This document shows, piece after piece, positions 27,013 through 37,343 of a DNA stretch of 64,000 nt. The stretch is from NCBI GenBank assembly GCA_049322675.1, contig JBMORM010000025.1:520-64519 (forward strand), read 5' to 3'. Numbering within the stretch: position 1 is the stretch's first letter; each line of letters starts with the position of its first letter. Under the pieces are notes generated by a model. It searched no databases. It was not told where the DNA came from and saw only the letters and a program-made list of their open reading frames with translations. The translations under genes were made by a program, and so were the position numbers. Source of the DNA: Patescibacteria group bacterium (lineage in GTDB: Bacteria > Patescibacteriota > JAHJAL01).

Positions 27013-28485
27013 ATGAAAAATAATTTTTTGGACAAGACAATAAAGGAGATTAGAACTGATTTGGAAGGCGGGGAGATTGGTTGTGGGGAATTGGTTGATT
27101 TTTTTTATAAGAAATTGGAGGAAGGTGAGAAAAAGAAAAATCTAAATGCCGTTGTCTTTACTGACAGAAAGTTGATAGAACAACGTGTAAAAATTGTAGA
27201 AAAAGAAATTAAAGAAGGAGTAAAAAAAGATTTGATTGGGATACCGGTGTTGGTTAAAGATAATATAGTTAGTAAAGAATATCCGACGACAGCGGCATCA
27301 AAAATGTTGTTTGATTATAGGTCTCCATATTCGGCGACAGTAATTGATCGTTTGGAAGATAGCGGGGCGATAATTGTGGGAAAAACAAATTTGGATGAAT
27401 TTGCCATGGGTAGTTCGGGTGAGAATTCGGTATATGGCCCGACAAAAAATCCATGGGATTTTGATAGAGTAGCCGGAGGGAGTAGTAGTGGATCAACGGT
27501 TGGGGTAGCGGCAGGTTATTGTTTGGGAGCGTATGGTTCGGATACGGGCGGATCTATCAGACAGCCGGCTAGTTTTTGCGGAGTGACTGGGTTAAAGCCT
27601 ACTTATGGTCGAGTGAGTAGATATGGATTATTGGCTTTAGGCTCTTCTCTTGATCAAATAGGTCCGATTGCCAGAAATGCGGAAGATGCGGCTTTATTGT
27701 TGAAAGTGATTGCCGGATATGACGAAAAGGATTCTACTAGTTCTCGGGAAAAGGTTGAAGAATACGATGTTGAAGTGGAAAAAAATGTAAGAGGGATGAA
27801 AATAGGTTTGGTAAAGGAATTTTTTGAACAAGTTGATGATGGATTAAAACGATTATTGGATGAGGCAGTGAAAAAATTGGTGGAGTTGGGAGTTGTGGTT
27901 GAAGAATTGTCTTTGCCAACGATGAAATATGGGTTGCCAGTTTATTATATTATTCAATCTTCTGAGTGTAGCGCAAATTTGGCACGCTATGACGGAGTAA
28001 GATATGGTGGAAGAGATTTTGAGGAGCGTGATTTGACTAGTATGGCTGATATGGTTACCAAGATTAGATCAGATGGTTTTGGCAGGGAGGTAAAGAGGAG
28101 AATTATGTTGGGTACGTATTCTTTGTCGAGCGGGTATTATGATCAGTATTTTGACAAGGCGGCTAAAGTTCGAACTTTGATAATCAATGAATTTAAAAAA
28201 GCCTTTTCTGATTTTGATTTGTTAATCGGATTGACTTCCCCGAGTGTAGCTTTTGCTATAGGGGAAAAAATGGCTGATCCGTTACAGATGTATTTGGCGG
28301 ATATTATGACGGTGCCGATAAGTTTAGCCGGTTTGCCGGCGATTTCGATACCGATTGGTTTGGAAAATAAATTACCGGTTGGGATGCAGATTATAGGAAA
28401 ATGGTTTGATGAATCGTCGGTATTAAAATTGGCAGGAAATTATCAGAAGGTAACTTCATGGCACAAAAATTTACCTTATATTTAA
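27013..28485 (+). CDS. gatA: Glu-tRNA(Gln) amidotransferase subunit A (amidase signature)
   Basis: The amidase signature is GGSSSGSTVGVAAG...GSDTGGSIRQPASFCG. The catalytic triad context is K/S/S. Confidence 0.9.
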   Translation: MKNNFLDKTIKEIRTDLEGGEIGCGELVDFFYKKLEEGEKKKNLNAVVFTDRKLIEQRVKIVEKEIKEGVKKDLIGIPVLVKDNIVSKEYPTTAASKMLFDYRSPYSATVIDRLEDSGAIIVGKTNLDEFAMGSSGENSVYGPTKNPWDFDRVAGGSSSGSTVGVAAGYCLGAYGSDTGGSIRQPASFCGVTGLKPTYGRVSRYGLLALGSSLDQIGPIARNAEDAALLLKVIAGYDEKDSTSSREKVEEYDVEVEKNVRGMKIGLVKEFFEQVDDGLKRLLDEAVKKLVELGVVVEELSLPTMKYGLPVYYIIQSSECSANLARYDGVRYGGRDFEERDLTSMADMVTKIRSDGFGREVKRRIMLGTYSLSSGYYDQYFDKAAKVRTLIINEFKKAFSDFDLLIGLTSPSVAFAIGEKMADPLQMYLADIMTVPISLAGLPAISIPIGLENKLPVGMQIIGKWFDESSVLKLAGNYQKVTSWHKNLPYI

Positions 28486-28508
28486 TAGATTTGAAATAGA
28501 GAGGAATT

Positions 28509-29357
28509 ATGGGAAAAGCAAAAAAGTTTAAATTGGAACGAAAATTGGAAAGAGCAAATAAAGAAAAGGGGGTCAAAGAAAGGCAGAAATTATTTTTTGT
28601 AACGATTGCTACGATATTAGTGGTTTTGGTTGGGGGGTATTTTATTTCAAATTGGTATTTTAATAATAAAAAGGTGGATAATACTATGGAAAAACAAGCA
28701 ATTTTGCATACAAATATGGGGGATATTAAATTGGCATTGTATTCAAAAGATGCTTCAAAAACCGTGGAAAATTTTGTCGGATTGGCCAAAAAAGATTATT
28801 ATGATGGAACTTTGTGGCATCGAGTAATAAAAGATTTCATGATTCAAGGTGGTGATCCATTGAGTAAAGATGATGATCCAAGTAATGATGGTACTGGAGG
28901 AGAAAGTTTGTGGGGTGGAAAATTTGCCGATGAAATCAATGCCAAGAGTTTGGGTTTGACTGATCAACAGATACAAGATTTGGAGAGTCAGGGTTACAAA
29001 TATGATTCGGTCTTGAATTCTCACAAAATGGAGGCGGGAGTGATTGCGATGGCTAATTCTGGTCCTGACACCAATGGTAGTCAATTTTTTATTGTTTCCA
29101 GTCAGAGTCAACCGCATTTGGATGGTAGGCATACGGTGTTTGGTAAGGTTTTGGAGGGAATGGATGTGGTGACAAAGATTTCCGAAGTGGAGACTGATGA
29201 AAATGACCGGCCAAAAAATAATGTAGTCATCAATGATGTTGAGATAGTTGAAGGAAGCGACAATAATAATGAAGTCGATCAATCTATGCCGATTAAAGTT
29301 GATCAATTGGGTGGAAATACTGATGGCATAAAGATTGAAGACTTGAAAGTGGAGTAG
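28509..29357 (+). CDS. Cyclophilin-type peptidyl-prolyl cis-trans isomerase, membrane-anchored
   Basis: It has an N-terminal TM helix. The cyclophilin core is HRVIKDFMIQGGDP...GTGGES...MANSGPDTNGSQFF. It has a C-terminal acidic extension. Confidence 0.9.
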   Translation: MGKAKKFKLERKLERANKEKGVKERQKLFFVTIATILVVLVGGYFISNWYFNNKKVDNTMEKQAILHTNMGDIKLALYSKDASKTVENFVGLAKKDYYDGTLWHRVIKDFMIQGGDPLSKDDDPSNDGTGGESLWGGKFADEINAKSLGLTDQQIQDLESQGYKYDSVLNSHKMEAGVIAMANSGPDTNGSQFFIVSSQSQPHLDGRHTVFGKVLEGMDVVTKISEVETDENDRPKNNVVINDVEIVEGSDNNNEVDQSMPIKVDQLGGNTDGIKIEDLKVE

Positions 29358-29365
29358 AGGATTTC

Positions 29366-29794
29366 ATGGATATTTTTGTGCCAATTCTTTTGTCTGTTGC
29401 TTTGCTGTTGGGATTGATCGGTTTGTTTTTTGTTTTTTCAAGAAAGAAGTCGAAGTTTGATTTAAGGTTGCGTGAAGAAGTAAAGAAGGCGGATATTAAG
29501 ATCGGTAATTTGTTACGAAAGAATAATATTGATTTAAAAAAACAGGCTTTGATTGTGGCTGACAAAACGTTGGATAGTGTTTTAAAGACTGTTGTAACCG
29601 GTAAGGATATGGGAGGAAGGTTGAAGAACGCAAGAAAGTTATTTTCTGATGATGAAAGTTTATATCAACAAATTTGGGAGGCGCACAAGACAAGAAATAA
29701 GGTGGTACATCAAGTTGATTTTTCGCCAAAGTCTGATAGATTGGTGATTTCGATAAATAGTTTACGTCGAGGGTGGAAATATTTGGGTTATTAA
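29366..29794 (+). CDS. Hypothetical membrane-anchored protein (142 aa)
   Basis: It has an N-terminal TM helix and a basic soluble domain. It is inserted between gatA and gatB. I recognised no family. Confidence 0.45.
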   Translation: MDIFVPILLSVALLLGLIGLFFVFSRKKSKFDLRLREEVKKADIKIGNLLRKNNIDLKKQALIVADKTLDSVLKTVVTGKDMGGRLKNARKLFSDDESLYQQIWEAHKTRNKVVHQVDFSPKSDRLVISINSLRRGWKYLGY

Positions 29795-29802
29795 GAATAT
29801 TT

Positions 29803-31287
29803 ATGAGTGATAATTGGTGGATAAAAATTGGATTGGAAGTGCATGTTCAGGTCAATACGGAATCAAAGATGTATTGTCGCTGTGTTAATGACAATTCTGA
29901 TGAGAGTCCCAATAGTCGTGTTTGTCCGATTTGTTTGGGATTGCCAGGTAGTTTGCCGGTATTGAATAAGAAAGTTTTGGAGTTGGCGCAAATGGTTTCT
30001 TTGGGTTTGAATTGTCGTGTGAATCACGCAAGCTCGTTTGATAGAAAAAATTATTTTTATCCGGATTTGCCCAAGGGTTATCAAATTACTCAATATTTTC
30101 AGCCATTGGCTCAGAACGGAAAAATGGAATTGAATTGCAAGGGTGAGATTTTTACGATAGGCATTAATCGATTGCATTTGGAGGAGGATACAGCCAAGAT
30201 GATTCATGCTGGGCGGGAGAGTTTGTTGGATTTTAATCGCAGCGGTATTCCGTTAATGGAAATTGTGACTGAACCTGATTTTCGCTCAGCCGATCAAGCT
30301 CAGATTTTTTTGGTCAATTTGCGGGATTTGGTAAAATGGGTTGGTGCTTCGAAGGCCAGGATGCAACATGGGGAGATGAGGTGCGACGCCAATATTAGTT
30401 TGTGGCAGGGTGAAGAGCAAAGGGGGGAGGTGGTAGAGGTAAAAAATCTGAATTCGATTCGTAATGTTCGGGATGCGATAGAATTTGAATATAGCAGACA
30501 AAAAGAATTAGTTTTGAGGGGAGAAAAAATAATAAAAGAAACTAGAGGTTGGAATACGATTATTTCTGAAACAATATCTCAAAGAGAAAAAGAAAAAGTT
30601 CATGACTATAGATATTTCCCTGAGCCTGATTTACCGATAATTGAACTATCTGAAAGTGATTTGATGGAAACAAAAAGCAAGATGCCGATTTTACCGTTGG
30701 TTATAAAAAGACAGATGAGAGAGCAATATGGCTTTTCTGAGCCAGTGATAGATGTTTTCTTTCAGAATGTTGATTTGTTTTATTTTTTTGAAAAAGTAAT
30801 TTCTGAGTTAATGATTTGGTTGGTGCAAAAAGAGATAAAAATTGAAAGCGTTGCCAAGAATGAAATTGATATTTTCAATAAGGTTGCCGGTTATGTTTTG
30901 ACTGATTTGTTGCCGATAGTGAGAGAAAATGGCGGATTGTCATTTGTCAAAATGACTCCGGAGAATTATGCTGAGTTGATTGCGCTTTTTTATGCCAAAA
31001 AAATTAATAATCAGACGATGAAGAAAATTTTACCAGAGATGGTAAAAGGCGGTTTGGGACCATTGGAGGTGGCGACAAAAAATGGTTGGTTGCAACAAGA
31101 TTCGACTTTTGATTTGGAAAAGGTTATTGATGAGGTGTTGGCGCAAAATGAAAAACAGGTGCTTGAATACAAGAGTGGAAAAATTCAACTATTGGCATAT
31201 TTTGTAGGGCAGGTAATGAAGAAAACAAACGGGATGATTGATCCAAATGAAGCCAGAGATTTGTTGGATAAAAAAATGTCATCTTAG
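29803..31287 (+). CDS. gatB: Glu-tRNA(Gln) amidotransferase subunit B
   Basis: The GatB N-terminus is IGLEVHVQ. Cys cluster and GatB/YqeY C-domain motifs are present. The start is taken at 29803 rather than the track's 29773. Confidence 0.9.
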   Translation: MSDNWWIKIGLEVHVQVNTESKMYCRCVNDNSDESPNSRVCPICLGLPGSLPVLNKKVLELAQMVSLGLNCRVNHASSFDRKNYFYPDLPKGYQITQYFQPLAQNGKMELNCKGEIFTIGINRLHLEEDTAKMIHAGRESLLDFNRSGIPLMEIVTEPDFRSADQAQIFLVNLRDLVKWVGASKARMQHGEMRCDANISLWQGEEQRGEVVEVKNLNSIRNVRDAIEFEYSRQKELVLRGEKIIKETRGWNTIISETISQREKEKVHDYRYFPEPDLPIIELSESDLMETKSKMPILPLVIKRQMREQYGFSEPVIDVFFQNVDLFYFFEKVISELMIWLVQKEIKIESVAKNEIDIFNKVAGYVLTDLLPIVRENGGLSFVKMTPENYAELIALFYAKKINNQTMKKILPEMVKGGLGPLEVATKNGWLQQDSTFDLEKVIDEVLAQNEKQVLEYKSGKIQLLAYFVGQVMKKTNGMIDPNEARDLLDKKMSS

Positions 31288-31366
31288 CATATTTGTAATA
31301 ATTGGTTTGTAAAAAATATTTATGATATGTTAGTTAGTAGATAAATTGTTTTGGAGGGCAAAGAAT

Positions 31367-31732
31367 ATGTTGGAAACAAGTGTTGATTTGTTGTATGTTT
31401 CAATATCGGTAGGAGTGCTGGTTTTGGTTGGTTTTATATCTTATGTTTTGTTGAAGGTGGGATATTTGGTGACTGATTTTAGTTCAACAGTAAAGGAAGT
31501 AACTCATAAATTGGAATTGATGGACGAGACTGTGAATTTGGCTAATGACTCGATGCGGATGGTCAATGAAACAATAAGAGGAGTATTGGAAGTCGTGGAT
31601 AGTATAAAAGGTGCGGTAGGGGATTTGATTGTGGAGTTGCAGAAGATTTCAGGTTTGGTTTCTAGTTTGACCGGGATGATAGGTGGATTGAGTAGTTCTT
31701 TGAATCTTTTAAAGAAGAAAAGTAAAAAGTAG
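31367..31732 (+). CDS. DUF948-like (YtxG-like) membrane/coiled-coil protein
   Basis: It has an N-terminal TM helix followed by a heptad-rich segment. A GGAGGG ribosome-binding site precedes 31367. Confidence 0.45.
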   Translation: MLETSVDLLYVSISVGVLVLVGFISYVLLKVGYLVTDFSSTVKEVTHKLELMDETVNLANDSMRMVNETIRGVLEVVDSIKGAVGDLIVELQKISGLVSSLTGMIGGLSSSLNLLKKKSKK

Positions 31733-31743
31733 TTGGAGATATT

Positions 31744-31965
31744 ATGAGTGATGATAATAAACATTTTGTTGGTGGAATGCTGGTTGGTAGTGCGATAGGG
31801 GTAGTGCTAGGTATGTTGATTGCACCTGATTCTGGGGAAAAAACCAGACAAAAACTAAAAAATAAGATTTGTCTTTTTAAGGATTATTTGGTGGATGAGG
31901 TGATAAATGGTTCGAAAAAAAGTAAGTCACGTCCTATTATTGGAAAGAAAAAGGCAAAAAATTAA
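31744..31965 (+). CDS. YtxH-like small membrane protein
   Basis: It carries the YtxH family hallmark GGMLVGSAIGVVLGMLIAPDSGEKTRQKL. Confidence 0.55.
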   Translation: MSDDNKHFVGGMLVGSAIGVVLGMLIAPDSGEKTRQKLKNKICLFKDYLVDEVINGSKKSKSRPIIGKKKAKN

Positions 31966-31999
31966 AAAGGCCAAATAGTTTATTTGTATATTTTTAAGA

Positions 32000-33145
32000 T
32001 TGATTATGTCGTCATTTTCTAAGAGAACAAGCTGTTTGTTTTTTATAGCTGTTTTTTTATTTTCGACTGTTTTTGGTGGTGTGGCTGGTGGTTTGTCTTC
32101 ATGGTTGATTACAAAAAATTTGAAAATAGAGACTAATCAAAATGGGTTCAATTTTGGTGGTTCTCAAGTGTATAAAGTAGAAGAAGAGTCTGCTTATATT
32201 GATGCGGTAAAAAAAGTATCACCGGCGGTAGTTAGTATTACGTTAACAAAAAATGTAACTTCATTGTTTGGCGATATTTATCAAGAAAGTGGCGGAGGTA
32301 CTGGATTTATTATTAATTCCGATGGTTTAATATTAACCAATAAGCATGTAGTTTCTGAACAGGACGCTGAATACAGTGTTATTACTGCTGATGGCAAAAA
32401 ATATGATGTAAAGTCCAAGAGTTTGGATCCGATAGGGGATTTAGCTATTATCAAGATTGATGCCAACGCTTTGCCGGTGGTAGAATTATCCGATTCTGAT
32501 ACTTTAAAAATTGGGCAGCGAGTAATTGCTATTGGTAATGCTTTGAATGAATACCAAAATACCGTGACAACCGGGATTGTCAGTGCGGTTGATAGAACGG
32601 TTGTGGCTGGTGATGGAATGGGACAAAATGAGCAGTTGGAGAATATGATTCAAACTGATGCAGCTATTAATCCCGGAAATAGCGGTGGTCCTTTGTTGGA
32701 TATCAGTGGACGGGTAATAGGGATAAATACAGCGATTGATTCTCAAGCTTCAGGAATAGGGTTTGCGATTCCGATCAATCAGGCAAAATCGGCAATAGAG
32801 AGTTATTTGAAGTCAAACAAAATAGTTAGACCGCGTTTGGGAGTAAGGTATATGCCTTTGTCGCCGGAATTTTCCGCTTTGAATCAATTGGATGTTAGTG
32901 AAGGCGCTTTGATTTACGCTGGGGAAAAGTTGGGTGAGTTACCGGTAATTCCAGGTGGTCCAGCGGACAAGGCCGGTTTGCAGGTGAATGATATTATTGT
33001 TGCGATAAATGGTGAGAAAATTAGTGAAAATCATAGTTTGGCCGGGTTGTTGCAACAGTATCAGCCTGGGGACGAGATTGAGGTCGAGTATTTGAGAAAG
33101 GGTGAAAAGCAAAAAACTAAAATCATCTTGGATGAGATGAAGTAA
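32000..33145 (+). CDS. htrA: HtrA/DegP-family serine protease (S1C) with PDZ domain
   Basis: The catalytic motifs are TNKHV, D and GNSGGPLLD. A C-terminal PDZ domain is present. It has an N-terminal TM helix. Confidence 0.9.
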   Translation: MIMSSFSKRTSCLFFIAVFLFSTVFGGVAGGLSSWLITKNLKIETNQNGFNFGGSQVYKVEEESAYIDAVKKVSPAVVSITLTKNVTSLFGDIYQESGGGTGFIINSDGLILTNKHVVSEQDAEYSVITADGKKYDVKSKSLDPIGDLAIIKIDANALPVVELSDSDTLKIGQRVIAIGNALNEYQNTVTTGIVSAVDRTVVAGDGMGQNEQLENMIQTDAAINPGNSGGPLLDISGRVIGINTAIDSQASGIGFAIPINQAKSAIESYLKSNKIVRPRLGVRYMPLSPEFSALNQLDVSEGALIYAGEKLGELPVIPGGPADKAGLQVNDIIVAINGEKISENHSLAGLLQQYQPGDEIEVEYLRKGEKQKTKIILDEMK

Positions 33146-33165
33146 AAAATGGAGGGAGATATTTC

Positions 33166-34410
33166 ATGTCAAGCGAGATTGTAACAGGATTAGATGTCGG
33201 GGGGACAAAAGTTTGTGTGGTAGTGGGGCATATACTTCCGGATAAAAAATATCCGGAGGTTATTGGTTATGGTTGTGTCCCGTCGGTAGGTTTGAGAAAA
33301 GGAGTGGTTGTTGATATCGAAGAGACTGTTAGTGCAATATCGGCAGCGTTGGAGGTGGCGGAGAGAATGTCGGGTGTTCCGATTGATAATGCGGTAGTAG
33401 GGGTGGAGAGTACAATGATACAGTCCCAAAATAGTCGTGGGGTTATTGCGGTAGCAAAATCAGATGGTGAAATATCAACTTCGGATGTGACGAGAGTGGT
33501 TGAAGCAGCCAGAGCAGTTTCTGTTCCGGCTAATCGTGAGATTTTGCATGTTATTCCGAGAAGTTTTAAAGTTGATGATCAGGATGGCGTCCATGATCCG
33601 GTTGGAATGACTGGAGTTCGGTTGGAAGTTGAAGCGCATGTGGTAACGGCTTCTACTCCGACGATTAAAAATTTGACAAAATGTGTTTATCAAGCAGGAT
33701 TGGATATTGATGAATTGGTATTAAGTATTTTAGCGTCAAGTAAATCGATTTTGAATAGAAACCAGATGGAAGTTGGGTCGGTAGTAATCGATATTGGTTA
33801 TTCTACGACTGGGGTGGCAGTATTCGAAGAAGGCAACGTGTTACATACATGTGTATTACCGGTTGGGGCTTCTCATGTTACCAACGATATTGCTATTGGT
33901 CTGCGAACGTCGATTGAAGTGGCGGAAAAAATCAAGATCGAGGAAGGTTGTGCAATACCTTCGGTGGTGGCGGAAAGAGAACGAATTGATCTAAAAAAAT
34001 ACGGGGTGGCTGAGGGAGGATATGTGAGTAAACGAGAGGTAGCGGAAATAATTGAGGCGAGGATGTTAGAAATATATGGTATGGTCAATGATGAATTGAG
34101 AAGAGTGAAGAGGGATGGAATGTTGCCGGCGGGAGCGGTGGTTACTGGTGGTGGGAGCAAGTTGTTGGGGGCAGTGGATTTGGCAAAAGAATCGATGCGT
34201 TTACCTGCACAGTTGGGTTTACCTATTAATTTGACAGGGATGGTGGAAAAGTTGAGCGATGATCCTCAAATGGTGACTGCGATTGGTTTGATGCAGTGGG
34301 CAGGGGAGATCTTGGTTAGAGGTGGAAAAAATATTGGTGCCACAGCCAAACAAACTCAGGATGCAGGGTGGTCAAAAATAAAAGATTGGTTAGGTCAGTT
34401 TTTGCCTTGA
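33166..34410 (+). CDS. ftsA: Cell division protein FtsA
   Basis: It has an actin-like ATPase fold, with LDVGGTKVCVVVG and VTGGGSKL motifs. It is adjacent to ftsZ. Confidence 0.9.
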   Translation: MSSEIVTGLDVGGTKVCVVVGHILPDKKYPEVIGYGCVPSVGLRKGVVVDIEETVSAISAALEVAERMSGVPIDNAVVGVESTMIQSQNSRGVIAVAKSDGEISTSDVTRVVEAARAVSVPANREILHVIPRSFKVDDQDGVHDPVGMTGVRLEVEAHVVTASTPTIKNLTKCVYQAGLDIDELVLSILASSKSILNRNQMEVGSVVIDIGYSTTGVAVFEEGNVLHTCVLPVGASHVTNDIAIGLRTSIEVAEKIKIEEGCAIPSVVAERERIDLKKYGVAEGGYVSKREVAEIIEARMLEIYGMVNDELRRVKRDGMLPAGAVVTGGGSKLLGAVDLAKESMRLPAQLGLPINLTGMVEKLSDDPQMVTAIGLMQWAGEILVRGGKNIGATAKQTQDAGWSKIKDWLGQFLP

Positions 34411-34495
34411 GGTTTGATTTTGACAGATGTTTCAGGTATAATTTTATTAAAGTATTCTAATTTTAATAGAAGCTTCATTATTATTAAAATTTGGC

Positions 34496-35620
34496 ATGAA
34501 TATGAATAAAAATATTAAGGGAGAGACGGATGTGATTGATGGGCGTTCAGCTGAAGATGGAATGGCGAGAATAAAGGTAGTTGGTGTTGGTGGTTCGGGT
34601 GGTTCTGCAGTAAATAGGATGATTGAAGCAAAATTAAAAGGGGTGAAGTTTATTGCCGTGAATTCTGATTTGCAGGCGTTGCATCGTAGTTTTACTGAGA
34701 CAAAAATTCAGGTTGGCAAAGAATTGACTAGGGGTTTGGGTTGTGGGGCTGATCCGGAGAAAGGCAGGATGTCGGCTGAAGAGAACAAAGATGAAATATA
34801 TGAGGAGTTGCGGGATACCGATATGGTTTTTGTGACTGCTGGTATGGGCGGTGGGACCGGAACTGGTGCCGCTCCGATTGTGGCTGGGATTGCCAAGGAA
34901 TTGGGTGCTTTGACTGTGGCGGTAGTGACGAAGCCTTTTTCTTTTGAGGGTCAAAGAAGAATGAAATTGGCTGAGGCGGGAATAGAAGAGTTGCGAAAAA
35001 ATGTTGATACTTTGATTGTGATTCCGAATGATCGCTTGTTGCAGGTGGTTGATAAAAAGACTTCTTTGATGGATGCTTTTCAAGTAGTGGATGATGTCTT
35101 GCGACAGGGTGTAAAAGGAATCACGGATTTGATAACGCAGCATGGTTTGATTAATCTTGATTTTGCTGACGTTAAAGCAATTATGCAGGATAGCGGAACT
35201 GCTTTGATGGGTATTGGTCATGGTACCGGTGAGTCGAGAGCGATCGAAGCAGCGAGAGCAGCTATTGACAGCCCGTTGTTGGAGGTTTCGATAGATGGGG
35301 CTAGAGGTATTTTAATGAATGTGACTGGTGGCCCAGATATGGGAATGTATGAAATAGACGAGGCGGCCAAGACTATTACTGAGGCCGCTGATGCTGATGC
35401 AAATATTATTTTTGGTGCAGTGATTGACGAGACTATGCAAGGAGAAGTTAGGATTACAGTGGTGGCGACAAATTTTGAGGGAAAAAAGGAAAAAGGAATG
35501 GCAAGAGATATGGTGGATAATAATAGTGTTTTGAATACAATCAATAAGTCTTCTTATAAGGGATCTCAGGAAGATGATGAATTGGAAGTACCTGCTTTTA
35601 TTCGTAGGAAGATGAAGTAA
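34496..35620 (+). CDS. ftsZ: Cell division GTPase FtsZ
   Basis: The tubulin signature GGGTGTG is present. It also has [13 protein letters not shown] and a C-terminal conserved peptide. Confidence 0.95.
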   Translation: MNMNKNIKGETDVIDGRSAEDGMARIKVVGVGGSGGSAVNRMIEAKLKGVKFIAVNSDLQALHRSFTETKIQVGKELTRGLGCGADPEKGRMSAEENKDEIYEELRDTDMVFVTAGMGGGTGTGAAPIVAGIAKELGALTVAVVTKPFSFEGQRRMKLAEAGIEELRKNVDTLIVIPNDRLLQVVDKKTSLMDAFQVVDDVLRQGVKGITDLITQHGLINLDFADVKAIMQDSGTALMGIGHGTGESRAIEAARAAIDSPLLEVSIDGARGILMNVTGGPDMGMYEIDEAAKTITEAADADANIIFGAVIDETMQGEVRITVVATNFEGKKEKGMARDMVDNNSVLNTINKSSYKGSQEDDELEVPAFIRRKMK

Positions 35621-35698
35621 AAGGTATTAAAAATATTATTTGTGTTAGTTCAAGGGGTTCATATTTATGGATCCTTTTGTTATGTTAAAATATTATTT

Positions 35699-35947
35699 AT
35701 GGATGTTTTGATAAATTTTATTGAAATATTTAGAGAGATATTGATCGGGTTGTTGTTTATTCGGGTCGTTATGTCTTGGTTTGGTTGGCGCAATAATTTT
35801 ATTTTTGATATTTCTGATATTTTTTTGAAGCCAATCCAAAGAGTAATACCGACGGTTGGTGGTGTTTTTGATTTTAGTCCAATGGTAGCATATTTGTTGA
35901 TTGAGCTTGTGGCTCAATTGGCGATATCTTTTTTGGGAAATATGTAG
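35699..35947 (+). CDS. YggT family membrane protein
   Basis: It is small with 2 TM helices. Its position after ftsZ matches the ylmG/sepF neighbourhood. The track ORF starts earlier, at 35642. Confidence 0.5.
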   Translation: MDVLINFIEIFREILIGLLFIRVVMSWFGWRNNFIFDISDIFLKPIQRVIPTVGGVFDFSPMVAYLLIELVAQLAISFLGNM

Positions 35948-35964
35948 TCAGTTTTATACAAAAA

Positions 35965-36213
35965 ATGGGAAAAAATGAAAGAAAGGTGATAAGAACGATT
36001 AAGGTAAAAGTGATTCCTGGCGCGAGTGAGAACAAGATCGTTGGTATTCGAAATGATTGTTTGGTGGTGAAGTTGACATCAAAACCGGAAAAAGATAAAG
36101 CAAACAAACAATTGATTGATTTTTTATCTCGAGATTTAAAAGTAAAAAAGAATCAAATTATGATTGCTGCTGGTGTCAGGAGTCGTATTAAAGAAATTAT
36201 AATTTTGGATTAA
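35965..36213 (+). CDS. DUF167/YggU family protein
   Basis: The UPF0235 pattern VKVIPGASENKIVG...KANKQLIDFLS...AGVRSRIK is present. Confidence 0.75.
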   Translation: MGKNERKVIRTIKVKVIPGASENKIVGIRNDCLVVKLTSKPEKDKANKQLIDFLSRDLKVKKNQIMIAAGVRSRIKEIIILD

Positions 36214-36226
36214 CGGTAAAAAAGTA

Positions 36227-37339
36227 ATGTGGACAGGTTTTGCCAAAAAATATATAAAAAATTTTTCTATATCTGAGTGGTTGTTATGGATAATTACTTT
36301 TTCTTTGGTGGTGGCCGGACAACTTATTTTTTATAGCTTATCTTTAGGTGACAACGACATTAATTTGTGGTTGAAACAGGCTATGATTATTTTAATAGCT
36401 TGTTTTTTGTATTGGTGGTTTGGGAAGTCAGATTATCGTTTTTTTAAGGGAGTGGCTTGGTATGGCCTGATTATTGCTACTATTTTGTTGATTGCAGTTT
36501 TGTTGTTTGGACGGATTGAGTATGGAGCGAGGCGTTGGTTGGATGTGGGAATAGTCGGATTTCAACCGACGGAGTTGGTAAAGGCGGCATTAATAATTTT
36601 TTTGGCTAAATATTTTTCGGAAAAGGGTGATGATCTGAGACTAAAAGATATGATTTTTACTTTGGCCTTGGTGGTGATTTTAATGTTTTTTATTGCTCGG
36701 CAACCGGATTTGGGTTCTTCATTGGTGTTGTTGGCGATTTGGTTTGGAATGATAGTATGCTCAAGTATTTCGAGAAAATATATAATTGGTTTATTGGTAG
36801 CAGCATTGTTTTTACTACCTGTTTTTTGGATAAGTTTGCATGACTACCAGAGAAATAGGGTAATGTCGTTTATTGATCCTACTTTGGATCCTTATGGTGC
36901 TGGTTATAATATTTTGCAGTCGCAGATTGCTGTGGGTAGCGGAGGATGGTGGGGTTTGGGTATTGGTCGAGGTTGGCAGTCTCAATTGCATTTTTTGCCG
37001 GTGGCTTACTCTGATTTTGCTTTTGCGGTTTGGGCGGAAGAATTTGGTTTTGTGGGTGGATTGCTATTACTGATTTTGTTTGCCTTGTTGGTATGGCAAA
37101 TATGGCGTATTGCCTATTTGGCGGCTGATCAGTTTGGATTTTTTTTGGTGGTCGGAGTTGCTACGATGATAATATTTCAAGTTTTTGTAAATACGGGGAT
37201 GAATTTGGGGATTATGCCGGTAACGGGAATACCATTACCGTTTATAAGTTCGGGAGGTACATCGATATGGGCAGTAATGTTTTTATTGGGTTTAGTTGTA
37301 TCTGTAAGCAGGCGTTCCGAATATAAAAATATCAGGTAA
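36227..37339 (+). CDS. SEDS-family peptidoglycan glycosyltransferase (RodA/FtsW-like); the second SEDS in the window
   Basis: It has about 10 TM helices. SEDS motifs are present, including PxxTGIPLPFISSGG. The dcw-embedded paralog at 46685..47827 is the better FtsW candidate. Confidence 0.8.
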   Translation: MWTGFAKKYIKNFSISEWLLWIITFSLVVAGQLIFYSLSLGDNDINLWLKQAMIILIACFLYWWFGKSDYRFFKGVAWYGLIIATILLIAVLLFGRIEYGARRWLDVGIVGFQPTELVKAALIIFLAKYFSEKGDDLRLKDMIFTLALVVILMFFIARQPDLGSSLVLLAIWFGMIVCSSISRKYIIGLLVAALFLLPVFWISLHDYQRNRVMSFIDPTLDPYGAGYNILQSQIAVGSGGWWGLGIGRGWQSQLHFLPVAYSDFAFAVWAEEFGFVGGLLLLILFALLVWQIWRIAYLAADQFGFFLVVGVATMIIFQVFVNTGMNLGIMPVTGIPLPFISSGGTSIWAVMFLLGLVVSVSRRSEYKNIR

Positions 37340-37343
37340 AAAA

